The notes under the pieces are model-generated. The model did no database searches. It saw nothing but the letters and a program-made list of their open reading frames with translations, and was not told where the DNA came from. 64,000 nucleotides of DNA, from assembly GCF_000143415.4 (NCBI RefSeq), contig NW_003314263.1, positions 3,164,041-3,228,040 of the forward strand, written 5' to 3'. Source of the DNA: Selaginella moellendorffii. Lineage: Eukaryota > Plantae > Lycopodiophyta. Positions 17,009 through 32,000 of this stretch are shown piece after piece. A program made the position numbers and the translations under genes. Position 1 is the first letter of the stretch; every line of letters begins with the position of its first letter.

Positions 17009-20000
17009 ATGGGGGAAGCGGCGGAGGCGCAGCGCAAGCTCTTGGAGGCGCTTGGCGACCGCTGCCTGTCGCAGAGCCTGCGGGATCCTGGAGTCCAGCA
17101 AGGGTTGGATCAGCTTGCCACGGCTTTGGAGGCGGTTAACCGAAACGGCGATGGAGATTCCGGCATTGCGCAGTGGAGCAGCCAGCAGCTGGAGCAGCTC
17201 CTGGGAATTCTCAGCGCTGTCGTTGCCTCGTCCTGGGATCTAGCATCAGGTGAGCTTAGCTAGCTCTGTGAGCTTGATTAGGGTTCTTATTTCCAGCTCT
17301 GTGACAGAGGAAGGACAGTATTCTTCTCTACAGCGGATTTTTTTCCTCACTGCGGAGCTCTGCATTCAAAGTCTCGAAACTCCTTCGTTTCGATCGGATG
17401 AGGCGGTAACTTTGCAATCTCTTTTGCTCACGTTGCTTCAATCGCGTTTCCAGATGCAGCAAAAGCTCTTGCAGCTCTTGGAGGCTGTGACTTTGGATGG
17501 AAAAGCTGAGAGGCTACCGCATTTTTCTTCGGCTGGAGTTCCACCGGATCTTATGATCAGTTTGCTGGTGTCTGTAAATAAGGACGATAGCCATCACGGT
17601 GATCGGGGTAAGCATTTCTCTGTGTGCCTTCGATGCGTAAACTTTTTGCTCTTTGTAGATGTACATATCAACCAAGACGAAGGCACCGGGTGGTCTCAAA
17701 ACATCTTGGCCGTTTTATCTAATGACCAGCTTGTCCGTGACAGTTTGAGGAGTGGAAGTGAGATAGACAAGGAGCTACTAAGCAGGCGGGGGCAGAACTT
17801 AGTAGATGTCACGCAGCAGCATTCGATCGTCAGCTTGGGTTGTTTCCAGCGTCTTTCGGCACTGTGCACAGGTCTGGTTGTAGATTTAGACGGGGACGGG
17901 CTATCTTTTGCTACGGAGGTTTTGAGCTTTCTGGGGAACTTGGCAAGGCTCTCACGACACCGGGCTTCTGTTCAAGGGACTGTTACAGAGGTGGTTAGAT
18001 TAGCATCCGCTCTGCGGGACATACTAAAGAGCAGCACCAGGGATAAACGGGTTTTTGAAGTCGACGACGTTCAGGAAGGGGCTACGTCCTTGCCTTTGCT
18101 GATGGACGCGTTACTGGTTTTCTGCGAGAGTTTTTTCCCGGATCTTGTTATATCTCAGAACGTGAGGACCTTTCTGGCAGCGTCCATTCTCGAGGAAATG
18201 AACGGAGTGAAACTACGACAGGACACAGATTGTACGCCGCAGCTCGTGAGCTACGTCTTGCGGCTGTTGCAAGCTGACCAGTTTCATGTTTCGGAAGGGC
18301 GGTATGGGAGAAAAGTGCCAGCGGAGGAGCTGGTAGGCTCGATAGAGTTTAGATCACAGGACTTCAAACTGAATCAAGCAAGAAGCAGGTCGGAACATCT
18401 GGAGACCATCTTTCCATCGAGTGGCGAGTGGCTTAACGACCTCTTTGCAGCAGCAGCTATTCTTCAAATCCAAGGTGTGAAGTTGAAGCCCGTCCTGGAG
18501 ATGCCTTCGTCGATCCACAGTGAGGAGGACTCGGCAACCGTTTCCATGGATTCCTTGACTGTGGCAAGTGAAGACGATGCTCTGTTTGGGGATTTGTTTT
18601 CAGAGTCAGGAAGGCATTCGGTGAACTCGGAAGAGACAGTGCAGACTGCTCCAGCTCCCAGGAAAGCTGACGGAATGCATAACGCTCTTCTCCAGGCGTC
18701 ATCTCACCTTTTGTGCTTCATAAGGGACTTTATACTCTCCTCGGAATGGCACAAGCCTACGTTCGAGGTGGTTCGGGCTCATCTATCAACTTGTCATCTT
18801 GATGAGTTATTGGAGATACATCGATCTCACACTGGAAAGCAGGCTCGGGTAGACGACCAGGAACTAGAAGGCAGTCTAGACTTGCTGGCAGAGCTTCAGA
18901 AATGCTCCTTTGACGTGCTGATTACTCTGGTTGATAGAGGAGTTCTGTCGGAGGGATTGCAAACGCATCTTTTCCATCAGATGGCTAAAGAAGGAGACTC
19001 GCCCGGGGGTTTGTCTGGAAACGTGCTGGTACTGATGGCAAAGGTACTCATAAACCGGTTCTGTCAAGGTGTTACGTCGTCAAATGATCCTCTGGTACAT
19101 GATCTTTGGAGATCGTTCGTGGATTCGATTGTCGACAACGTGAAGAACATCAAGGCTTTTGAAGGGGACTTGGACAAGGCCACGGCAGTACTTCCCTCCT
19201 GGTTTCACATGGAAGTGTTGTTTATGGCGTTCCACTCTTTGGATTCTCCAAATCGGCTGGCTATAGTGAACCTTTTATCATCAGCACTGGCAACGTGCGA
19301 CAACGAAAAGAAAGCTGCCGGTGCTTCCTTGGCTCCTTGGGCTCTTCTGACTTCGAGACTGGTTCTGGCTGCGAAGTATCTTATCTTCCACTTCAGCAGC
19401 TTTCCGAAGTGGCTGGTTTCGGACCTGTCGAAGCAGATGTGGTTTCAAAAGTCATCCAAGCTTCCCATCCAGGAGGGTCTTTTCCCATCTTGGGCTGCCA
19501 TTTTTGCTCGGAGGCCGGTCCATCATATGATCGACGAGCGCTGCATTTCACATCTGTTTGACGTGAGCTGTCCAGCTGGGGGGAATCTGGTGATTAGCAG
19601 TGACGTTGAAGGCCTACACTCGCATCTTTCTAGTCTGCTTGAAGCTTGGACGGGGAGGTTTATCACAAACGTGGACGAGCTGTTACTGGAGAGATACTTG
19701 TTCATGCTATGCTGGAGCATTCTGCAAGGCTCCAGTTTTGCGACGGTCCATCCTTGGAATTCTGATACATCTACTGGCTTGGAGTTTTTCTTCAAGGTGG
19801 CTAAGAGCGTCTCTGCCGGTTTCCAGCAGCAGTCATCGGATGGTGTGGGGCAGTGGGCGGAGTTTTTTCTACAGTCCTTTAAATCCTTGGAAGTGTCTAT
19901 GCATGGAGGCTCTATCAAGTTGACGTCATGGGATTTATTGAGGCAAGGGGCGACACTGGCCTTGCTTTATCTTCCGCTTCAACGTAGTCCCCCAGATATG

Positions 20001-23000
20001 CTTTTTCACCATGTTCTGCGTTATATTGTGGAAAACGGGCAACTAGAGCAACTCCTCCAAAGTTTGTCATCCATCGTGGGCTGGTACGTGAAAGCTGCCG
20101 ACTACTGCCTTTCACAAATTTTACTGGAGCAGTTTGGCTCTGAAGACATTGTATCTTTCATCGGTCTAGTTTTGCGGACGAACTTTCCCAAGGACAGGCG
20201 GTATGATATGTTGGACAAGGCTGGTGGTAGCTCGAGTGTCTTGAGGTCACTTCTACGGTGGGAATCGTCTAGAACGTGGACAGACGAGCTCTCGAGCGTT
20301 GTGAAGAAAGCAGGGGCCTGGGAAAAGGATGGGGCACTTTCTCCCGTTGTTCTGCATGGCTTTCCTCTTTGTTCGTATCAAGGGGATGCAGCTCTAGTTT
20401 CTTGCATGCTCACTTTGGAGGGGTTACTGCAAACTATCGAGAACGTTTTGGACACCGACGGTGTAAAGTTGAGCAGCTCCCAGGTTGACGGGCTCCTAAA
20501 GACGATCATGCCGGTAAAAGTGAACTGCGCGTTCGATAGACTTGAGATTTTCTGCACCAACATCTTATTTGCGGTGAACTTACCGGAAGACCACGTTCAG
20601 CTATATGCTGATGTCTACACGTTGAAGCATGTAGAGTGGATTCTCAAGATCTTGTGTACGAGCAAGCACGTACCGGAGCCTCTGCGTGAAGGAATAGTCT
20701 GCCAAGTTCTGGAAGTGACAAACACAATAAGAACTGATGCCCGGAGAAGCAGAGCCTTCAGCGTTCAGTTTGGTGCTTCGGACAGCCAGGAGGGGGTGAG
20801 GACTTTTGTGGAGCAAGGAAACCTGTCTTCGTACGTGGACGTTCTGGATGGCTGCTCCAACGAGACCGTGAACATGCAGATGCTCCGGTTTCTTGTGGAT
20901 TTGCTAGAGAAGCCGAGCAGTTTCCAGCTTAGGTGTAGAAGCAACTTACAGGAGAAACTGCTGGCCATGGAAAGGGATAGACTTGGAACCTGGTTAGAAC
21001 AACGGATTTCAGGGTGTAAAATCGGGGACAAGGAAGCCGTTCCGTCTTCACCCGTGAGAGAGCTGGCTGTTCGTTTCGTTCAGAACATCATCGCTTCCGA
21101 AGCGAAGGAGCTTAAAGCTCATATCCTTGAGGCGATGCTCACGACCTTGGAGCGAGCATTTACTTTCTATGGAGCTGAGATGGCGAGATCTTACCTCATG
21201 GCGATCGTGCAGTTGGCAAGTGGAGAACCGTTGCTTAAAGATGTGTCAAGGGCTGTGGTTGACGTGCTATCAAAAGTTCCTGCTGATGGCGATCATCTCG
21301 AGGGCCTGCAGTGGCTACTGGCGTTCTTGAATTCCGTGCTGATGGCATGCGGTGCACGGAAAGTATTATTCTCGAGGAGTAAGCACCCTTCTTCTCAAGG
21401 CACATCCTCTGGAAAGGCTAAAGTTCCTCGCGGCTCTTCCGATCAATCTCTTCAGGTGACAGAGGGGGGAAATGCCGACTGTGATGCTACCTCTGCCGAC
21501 GAAGACGATGACGAGGGGACATCTGATGGTGAGCTAACAAGCCTGGATCGAGAGCACGACGAGGACGGCATCAACACTGAGAGGCTTCTCGCTTCTAGAG
21601 TTTGCACCTTCACATCAAGTGGGAGCAATTTTATGGAGCAGCACTGGTACTTCTGCTACACTTGCGACTTGACAGTGTCCAAGGGATGCTGCTCAGTATG
21701 TGCAAAGGTGTGTCATCGTGGTCACAAGGTGGTTTACTCGCGGTTGAGCAGGTTCTTTTGTGACTGTGGTGCTGGAGGTGTTAAAGTGACCAACTGCCAG
21801 TGCCTGAAGCCACGGAAGTATACAGTATCTCCAATGCCGTCTGCAAAGCTTGTCAGTAGTACGCCGGAGCAGCAACTTTTTCCGATTCACGAGAGGTTGC
21901 AACTTTCTGACAGCGACTCAGAGACAGAGTCGGATGACAACAGAGAGAACCAGGAATTCTTTCAGCTCTCCGTCTCCGAGCGCGACGAGAAGGACATTCT
22001 TCTTTTGCTTTCAAACCTTGATTTGGAAGGCCAGCTTCTCGAGCTTTGTAGAAGGCTTTTGAGCTCCTTCAGCCATGGTTTCCAGGCCGCTGGAAATGAC
22101 GAGATACAGCTCGGTCAAGAGAAAGTACTACAACTGAAGAATGATATTTTCCAGCTGAAGCGAGCCTACAAAAGCGGTTCTCTTGACATGAAAATCAAGG
22201 TGGACTATCCGAACTCTCGAGAATTAAGATCTCACTTACTGAACGGATCCCTTTCGAAGTCGCTTCTTACGATAAGTAGCAGAGGAAGGCTTGCAGCTGG
22301 AGAGGGTGACAAAGTGACGCTGTTCGACGTTGGACAGCTTATCGGTCAGCCTACTGCTACTCCGGTGATAGTGGACAAGACGACCGTGAAGCCGCTATCT
22401 AAAAACTCTGTGCGCTTCGAAGTGGTGCAGCTCGTATTCAACCCGGCTAACGAGAGCTACCTCGCAGTTGCTGGCTACGAGGATTGCCTCGTCTTTACGG
22501 TGAGTCCAAGGGGAGAAGTGACGGACAGGCTTGCTCTCGAACTCGCTCTACAAGATGCTTATATCCGTCGGGTGACTTGGCTGGTCGGATCACAGGTGGA
22601 GTTAATGGTGGTCACCAACAAGTTTGTGAAGATTTACGACCTGTCGCAGGACAAGATCAGTCCGATGCATTATTTCACTGTGCTCGAGGACGAGATTGTT
22701 GATGCCACACTTGGTGCTGTTAGTCACGGGCAGATTTTGGTTCTGGTTCTGTCACAGCAAGGCGCGCTTTACACCCAACGTATCTCCAAAGGAAGTGACT
22801 CTGGAGCTCGTATATTGACGGACGTGGTTCAGATTCCAAAACAGGGCCGACCGGTAAAAGGTGTCTCCGTCCACTATTCCTCGTCTCTGAAGCTCCTGTT
22901 CGCCTCCTTCAGCGATGGCTCCACTCTGCTTGGACGCCTGAATGCTGATGCAACTGCTTTGTCCGAAGTTTCCAGTGTTATCGAGACCGATCAGGATAAC

Positions 23001-26000
23001 AAGAGCAAGACCGCTTGTCTTCATCACTGGAAGGAAGTCTTTGACGGCAGCGGCTTGTTTTCCTGCCTGTCCAGCCAGAAGAGTAACTCGGCTTCAGTTG
23101 TTCATGTTCGAACGAATAGCCTGGAGGGACAGCATTTGCGAGTGGCAGGATCTTTGAGAGTGGACGGTATTTCTTCGTATAGGTCCATGGCAAAGGAGCG
23201 AAGTCACGTTCTGCTTCTGTACGACGACGGTAGCATGCATGTGTTTCAACATGTTTCTTCCAGTGCTGAGACAACAATGAAAAAGCTGGGTGCTGCCATC
23301 CTCAGTACCCGGTCCGTGAGTCCTGCGGTATTTCCTTTGGACTTTTTTGAGAAGACAACTTGCATCACTTCGGACATCAAAATCGGTGGTGATGTCCTCC
23401 GGAACGATGATGCCGAGAGTGTGAAGAGGAACTTGGCTTCGGATGATGGTTTTCTGGAGAGTCCTTCAGCGAGTGGTTTTAAGGTACCGGATTGTTTTTC
23501 CCTGCTCTTATTACTAAAATTGTGTTTTGTTTTGTTTTTTAGATACTCGTGTTCAACTCAAACGTTGAAATGGTGATGGTTGGCTGCCGTATCCATGTCG
23601 GCAACACATCTGCTAGCCATATTCCGTCGGAAGTGAAACTTTTTCAGAGGGTGATACGGCTAGAAGAAGGTGTTCGGTCTTGGTACGACATACCGTTTAC
23701 AAGCTCGGAGTCTTTGACAGCAGACGAGGAGTTTGCTTTGACAGTTGGGCCAACATTCAATTCTACGTCATTGCCTAGAATTGACAGCTTGGAAGTTTAT
23801 GCGAGGTCCAAAGAAGATTTCGGATGGAAGGAAAAGCTAGATGCTGTTCTAGACTTGGAAAATCAAGGCCAGGGCGCAGCTTCTCAGAGCAATGCTTTGA
23901 AGACAAGGAAACTACAGACCGCTTCAACACTTGATAAGGTTTTCTACGAGGTTTTCAAAGCCCTGTCAGGTCTCTATTCTCTCCATCGGCTGAACCCGGA
24001 CTCCGAACTGAACCTGGAAAACTGCAAAGGGAAGTGCATGCCTGTTCTGGAAGTTGTATTTGCAAGTGACAGACAGTCTCTGTTACTCTCGGCTGGCAGA
24101 CATGTATTGCGAGCTTTATCTTTGAGCAAGGATGCGTACTATCAGGTAAGCTTAGAATCTGTTTAATTTTTTTCTTTAACACATGCTCCACTTTGACAGG
24201 CGAAAGATATGATGTCTTTGTCCGGTGTCGCCCGTTCGTGTCCTCTTCTTGCTTCTAAGCTTTCCTTGGGTGGCATTCGTTTGTCATGGATGGTGCAAGA
24301 ATTTACAAACCAGGTTCGGACGGTCTGTAAAATCTCACTTCATCGCCCGTCGAATTTGGCTTTGTATTTGGAACGAAATGGTAAGTGTTCCAACTTTTGG
24401 TTGTCGCCGTATTATTGACGCTATCTTTTGTGCTGAAAGGCTCTTCACTCGTTGAAAACCTTGTCGGTGTTTTGTGGGAGATTCTTGTCCTCTCCGACCA
24501 ATTGGATGCACAAACAATCAATGACTTGGTGGTGCTTATCGTGGACCTTATCTATGGCTATGCTGAATGTCTCTCGGCGCATCTATCTGTTTCGTCTGTC
24601 TCTCCAGCGGTCAACCTTCTTGAGAAGCTACTTTTCGCTCCCCAGGACGCTGTTCGCTCCTCGAGCAGGTATTGTACTGTAGTCTGCATCTCCTACCAGT
24701 AGTCTAATAATCATGTTTTTTACTCTTTGTTTTAGCCTGGCAGTCTCCTCCAGGCTTTTGCAAGTGCCCCTGCCAAAGCAAACCATGCTACTGATGGATG
24801 ATGGTGCGGAGAACTCTCGTGCGGGGTCGTTGCACTCGGACAGCGGAACCTCAACAGTTGCTTCCGGTCAAGTGATGCTAGAAGAAGATCCCGGCACTGC
24901 CTCAGTACAGTACTGCTGTGACGGTTGCTCTACGGTTCCAATACAGAGACGGCGCTGGCACTGTACTGTCTGCCCGGATTTCGACCTCTGTGAAGCTTGC
25001 TTTGAGGTTATGGATGGTGATCAGCTTCCTCCTCCTCATACACGCGATCATCCGATGACTGCCATTGCCATTGAAGCTGACACAACTGGGAATAGTCACG
25101 AGATACCGTTTAACTCCATCGATGATTTGAGTGAAGAAAGTCTGCTCCAGATGGCTACGGAGCTAAGCCTGCAATCGACGGCTGCTTCCCTCGGTTCTAC
25201 CATGGAGGCGACTGAAAGCTGCGAATTTCCCGAAAATGTGCCGGAGGTGAAAGCTGGCTCTTTCTCTGCATCGAAAACGCTGGTGAACTCCTTGCTCCTG
25301 AGCGGACTGCTTGAAAACCTCCGAGGATGGACAAAGAGCACAACGGGAACGATGGCCATTCCCATTATGCAGCTCTTTTACAGGTTGACGACTGCACCAT
25401 CGAGCCCGCTATTCGACGCATCTGGAGCTGTATATTTCGACAAAGTTGTCAAGGTGATGCTGGACGAGCTGGACGTGGCAAATCCGTTTTCAGTCAAGCA
25501 GCGGTCTGGTTTCGGAGAAGTCGTGATACTTATTTTCATGTTATTCACTCTACTTCTTCGGCACTGGCATCAACCTGGCTCTATACATGGCCAACCGAGG
25601 GAGGGAGATGGAACAACAGATGCAGAGCTTCAGTACGATCGCGTCTGTGCTTCCCTTCGGCAGCAGTCCCTCGTCAACTTTCTCCTGAACATCACTCAGC
25701 AACTGGTTCACGTCTTCAAGAGCTCGTCTCGAGGACAGGACTCAAGCGCTTCGTCTACAAATGCTCCCTGTGGTGCTTTGCTCACGGTTAGGCGGGAGTT
25801 TGCGGCCGGGAGTTTTACGCCGTTCTTCTCAGATTCGTACGCAAAGAGCCACAAAGGGGACCTGTTTGTGGAATTCTACAAGCTCATGCTGGAGAGTGTT
25901 TTCCGGCTGACGTACAGCCTCGTACGGCCAGGCAAGTCGGAAAAGCTTAGTGACAAAGAGCAGTCGTCATCCAAAGGATGTCCTGGTTCCGAGCTGAAGC

Positions 26001-29000
26001 TAGACGGCTGGCAAGAAGTTCTTTGCAGCTACATCAACAGTCCCCATACGACTTTCATCAGAAAATATGCTCGTCGGCTGCTCTTGCACATGTGTGGATC
26101 CAAGAGTCACTACTACAACGTCAGAGATGCCTGGCAGCTCAACAGGGAGGTGAAGAAGCTCTACAAGCTGGTGCAGAAGTCCGGGGGTTTTCATGTGACC
26201 GTTCCTTACGAGAGGAGTGTCAAGGTACTCAAATGTCTCTCACTGATTCGGGAGGTAGCTGCTGCAAGGCCTCGCAACTGGCAAAAGTACTGCTCGAGGC
26301 ATTCCGACGTGATACCATTCCTGCTGAACGGATCGTTTTGCTTTGGAGAGGAGCTGGTTGTTCAAACGTTAAAACTGTTGGCGCTAGCTTTCTACTCGGG
26401 GAAGGACCTGCTATCTTCGAAAAAGGACGCTACTGAGACGGCAGCCAAGGGAGGGAGTGAAGGGAAGAAGGACAAGAAAGGTGGCAGTGACGATGCGAGT
26501 TTGGGAGCTGACAAAGGCTATCTGGACATGAAGCAGGCTGTGGAGCAGCTCGTCGGGGAAGATGGCAGGAATTTGAAAAACTTCCTGGATGCTTTCTTGC
26601 TCGAGTGGAATGCAGCATCCATTCGCTCGGAGGCCAAGACGGTTTTGTCTGGTGCATGGTATCATGGAGAAGAGGCATTCAGGGTGCTCTTGGTGACGCT
26701 GCTCTTGGAAAGGATTCCTATGCTGCCAGCATATGGTCAGAACGTCCAGGAGTTCACTGAGCTGCTGTCTTGGCTTCTGAAGAAGGGAACTCAGGAGATA
26801 GCACTGAGCAACCCAGAAAGCGTGCTGGTTCAAGGGTGTCTGACGGGAAACACCATCATGAAGATTTTCGAGACCTTACGCTTGCAAAACGAGCTCCTTG
26901 CGAATCACCCGAACTCTCGGATTTACAGCACTTTGGTTAGCCTTGTGGAGTTCGACGGCTACTATCTGGAGAGCGAGCCTTGCCTGGCCTGCAACAGTCC
27001 GGAAATTCCATACAACCGGATGAAGCTGGAGACAATCAAGGCAGAGACCAAGTACACTGACAACAGCATTCTGGTGAAGTGCATTGGCAGCCACACCATT
27101 CAGAGCGTCACCATGAACGTCCACGAGCCGAGACGATCCAAGTCTATCAAAGTCCTAAATCTCTACTACAACAACAGGGTGGTAGCAGATCTTTCGGAGC
27201 TAAAGAACAACCGGTCTCTGTGGAAGCGAGCGAGAAGCTGCCAGCTGAACTTTGGCCAGACGGAGCTGAAGGTGGAGTTTCCTATACCGATCACAGCTTG
27301 CAACTTCATGATCGAGCTCGACTGTTTCTATGAGAACCTGCAAGCAGCATCGGTCGAATCTCTTCAGTGTCCGCGATGTAGCAGGGTCGTCACCGACAAG
27401 CATGGAATTTGCAGTAACTGCCATGAGAACGCGTACCAATGCCGTCAATGCCGAAACATCAACTACGAGAACTTGGATTCTTTCCTCTGCAACGAATGTG
27501 GCTACAGCAAGTATGGCCGCTTCGAGTTCAACTTTATGGCAAAGCCGAGCTACACGTTCGACCGCATGGAGAATGACGAGGACATGAAGAAAGGGCTGGC
27601 AGCAATCGAGGCAGAGTCTGAGAATGCTCACAAGAGATACCAACAGCTTCTGGGATACAAGAAGCCTTTGCTGAAGCTTGTTTCGAGTATAGGAGAGTCA
27701 GACGCGGATTCACAACAGAAGGACACTGTTCAGCAAATGGTGGCGCTTCCGTCTTCGTTTAAGATCAACAGAAAGATCGCGATTCTGGGAGTTTTATACG
27801 GCGAGAAGTGCAAGATGGCTTTCGATTCCGTCAGTAAAAGCGTTCAGACGTTACAGGGTCTTCGAAGGGTGCTGATGTCTTACCTGGAAAGGAAGAGAAG
27901 TCCAGGATCTTTTCATCTGGCGAACATCATCATGGCACAGCGGCATCCAAACCGTTGCTTTGGCTGTGCGAACACTTTCGTCGGCCACTGCTTGGAGTGG
28001 CTACAGATACTTGCGAGGATTCCATACTGCAGACAACAGCTTGTCGCTGCTGGCATCCTTTCGGAGCTGTTCGAGAACAATATTCATCAGGGGCCAAAGT
28101 CTGCTCGGATTCAAGCGCGGACGGTTTTGTCGGCATTCACAGAAGGCGACTTAAATGCCGTCGGCGAGCTCAATAGCCTGATCAAGCAGAAGGTGATATA
28201 CTGTCTGGAGCATCACCGGTCGATGGATATTGCCGCGTGCGTCCGTGATGAGATGCAACTCCTTTCAGAAACATGCTCTCTCGGTGATGACTTTTGGGAG
28301 GCACGGCTGCGAGTCGCATTTCAGCTGCTGTTCCGGTCGATCCAGGTTGGAGCGCGGCATCCAGTTATTGCCGAGCACATCATTCTTCCAGCTTTGAGAA
28401 TTATTTCTCAGGCATGCACTCCTCCAAAGACTGACATTCCTCAGGCTACTGAACCTGGAGGGTTCTCGGTGAAATCTGTTGGTTCTTTCGTGAAGACGGC
28501 TGCAATACTTCAGGAGACACCGGTTACCAGGCCTGCCAAGGAAAACGTAGAGAAAGACAAAGAGCTGGAGAACACGCCGAAGGCCCAGGATTTACTACTA
28601 GTAAACTACCTGGAGTGGAAGAATGGTGCGACGTATGTTGATTTTGTGAGACGACTGACCATATCTCAGAACGTCAAGCCCGCTCAAAAATCTCGAAAAG
28701 ACTCGAGAAAATCTGGTACGTTAAACTCTTTCTTACCTCTGACGATGGAATTTGTTTTTTTGTTTTTTGTTTTTTCAGATGCCTTGGCTCTTAAATATAT
28801 CCTACGATGGAAGCGAAAAGCTTGCAAAGTTTCTCTTACCGAGGACCTCAAGTGCTTTGAAGATAGTAGCTGGGTTCGTGAGCTTGTTCTAAGTGCATGC
28901 TCCCAGCCAATTCGTCAAGAGATGTGCGCTTTGATCGAGGTGCTGTGCTCTCAGAGCGTAGCTCGGAAATCCAAGTTCCTGGACCTGTTTATGAACCTGC

Positions 29001-32000
29001 TGCCTGCTTCGAGAACTGCCGGAGAGAGTGCAGCGGAATACTTTGATCTGCTGTTCAAAATGATCGAGGATGAAGATGCGCGCTTATATCTTACAGTTCG
29101 TGGCTTTCTGCGGACCGCTTGCAGTCTTATCAGTGAAGAGGTAGTCCGGGTAGAAGCCCAGGAGCGAAGCTTCCATACGGACATCTCACAGGGCTATACT
29201 CTACACAAACTTATCGAGCTACTGAACAAATTCCTGCAAGTTCCGAACGTTAGGATAAGGTAAGAGTTTGCGAATTGCTGTTACGGTGATATGAAATTTT
29301 TTTTTGCAGGTTTATGAAGGAAGACTTGCTGTCACAAATTTTGGAAGCTCTTTTGGTGATCAGAGGTCTGGTTGTTCAAAAGACGAAGCTGATAAGTGAC
29401 TGTGGACGGTTACTACGCGAGCTTCTTGACAACCTGCTTCAGGAAAGCGACGACAACAAGAGACATTTCGTTCGTGCATGTATTTCCGGTCTTCAGACTC
29501 CTGATCACGACAGAAAAGATCGCAGATGCCTGGTAAGCGTTGTTTCCTTTTCTCCTTTTACTCAATGTTTTTCTTGTAGTTTATTCTTGAACAACTCTGC
29601 AATATCATCTGTCCGGCCAAACCGGAGCCTGCATATATGCTTGTTCTCAACAAAGCTCACACGCAAGAGGAGTTTATCCGTGGCTCGATGACGAAGAATC
29701 CCTACTCGAGCTTAGAAGTTGGTCCACTTATGCGTGACGTGAAGAACAAAATCTGTCAACAGCTGGATATGATTGCACTTTTGGAGGATGACTACGGCAT
29801 GGAGCTTCTTGTTGCAGGAAGCATCATCTCTTTAGATCTTAGTGTTGCGCAGGTATATGAGCAGGTTTGGCGGAAGGCGCATTCGCAGGTGGCGAATTCG
29901 GCAATAGGAACGAGCCTGTTAATGTCTGCTTCTGGAGTCTCCGGAAGAGAGTGTCCACCAATGACCGTGACATATCGACTCCAGGTATGCCGCGTGATCT
30001 TTCATGATTCTGTCTTTAAAAGTGCTGTGTGTGCAGGGACTGGACGGTGAGGCAACAGAACCAATGATCAAGGAGCTAGATGATGATAGAGAGGAAAGTC
30101 AGGATCCAGAAATCGAGTTTGCAATTACTGGAGTCATGAAAGATAGCGGTGGGCTGAAGGAGCTACTGAGTATGGTTGAGGTGCGTGCTCTTTTAGTCTT
30201 TTCTGATTCTAAAAGTTGGTTTTGTATCTCTCAGCATTTTACGGACGAAGAACTGAAGTCTGGTCAGGAACAAGTTGCGTTGGTTTTGAAGCTACTCATG
30301 TTTTGCTGCAAGATTCGGGGTAACCGGCAGGCTCTTCTTCAGCTTGGTGCCTTGGATGTTCTCCTGGAGACGGCCAACAAATCCTTCTCTTCAGCCGAAT
30401 CTGTGGAGCGACTGCTACTCATCGTGGAGTGTCTGGTCACCGAGGCCAACGAAAGTGACGTTGGAGTGACCGAAGGCGCTCTGAGCACAACAAGAGCCGG
30501 CATTGCCAGAGGGGAACAAGCTGCCAAGGGTGTTCTAATGTTCCTGGAGCGGCTCTCCAATCCCAGCAGCTACAAGCAGTCTAAGCAGCACAAGAACAGT
30601 GACACAGCCGCAAGAATACTACCGTATCTAACTTATGGAGAGGAAGCGGCAATGGAAGTATTGGTGGATCACTTCCTGCCTTACTTACTGGACTGGGGAG
30701 CTTTTGATAAGCTGCAAAAGGAGCACGGTGAGAATCCGAAGGACGCTTCACTGGGTCAGAAAGCAGCCTTTCATCAGTTCGCTGTTGAGAATTTTGTGAA
30801 GGTAACGGAGTCGATCAAGCAAAACGACAGTGGCGAGCTACTTAAAAATCTCATACTTGAGAAGAAGATACTGACTGGTAAGAACTTTTTGAGTTTTTAT
30901 TCATATCAACTTTGCCCTTGTGTTTACCTTCTGCAGTTGCCATACGGTATCTGAAAGACGCATTTCCTTTTACTGAAAAGAAAACAGATCTTCGGTCGTC
31001 ACCCGAGTGGACACGATCTTTGGAGCTTCCATCGGTTCCGATTATCCTGTCCATGATGAGAGGATTATCTATCGGTCACTGCAAGACTCAAGAATGTCTT
31101 GACGAGGAAGAAGTTCTTCCTTTGCTCCACGCACTGGAGGGCATGCCAGGAGAAAACGAGATTGGAGCAAGAGCAGAAAATTTGCTGGACACGCTATCCG
31201 ATAAAGAGACTTGCGGTGAAGGATTCCTTGCCGAGACGATCCTGAATTTAAGGGAGACAACACGGGACGAGATGAGACGACGTGCTTTGCAACGAAGGGA
31301 AGAGTTACTACAGGTAATACTCATCCTTCAAGTTGCGTTCCGTCGTTCTTAGACTTAGCTCACTTTTTTCCAGGGGCTGGGAATGCGCCGAGAGCTGAGG
31401 TCTGATGGAGGTGAGCGCATTGTCATATCAAAGCCTCGAATCGAAGGCCTTGAAGACGTAGAAGAGGAAGAAGCGGGACTGGCATGCATGGTTTGTCGGG
31501 AAGGCTACAAACTGCGGCCAACAGATATGCTGGGAGCTTACTCGTACAGCAAGCGTGTAAACATCGGTTCTGCGACTGTCCACGGTCGTCCAGAGTGGGT
31601 CTACACGACGGTCAGTCATTTCAACGTCATTCACGTCCAGTGCCACCAAGAGGCAAAGCGAGCCGACGCCTCCCTCAAGAATCCCAAAAAGGAGTGGGAA
31701 GGCGCAGCTATACGCAACAACGAGACCCTGTGCAACGATCTCTTTCCTCTGCGTGGCCCAGCAGTCGCGCTTGCGCAGTACTCCCGGTGCGTTGATACTT
31801 TCTGGGACAACTTAAACGCCCTCGGACGTGCGGATGGTAGCCGGCTGCGCTTGCTCACTTACGATATCGTCCTGGTACGTTTCTTTCTTTTCCTTCTCAT
31901 TTTACAACTTAACGCGAGCTTTCCTTCTGTAACAGATGCTGGGCCGCTTTGCAACGGGGGCCTCGTTCAGCGTCGATAGTAAAGGTGGTGGCAAGGAAAG

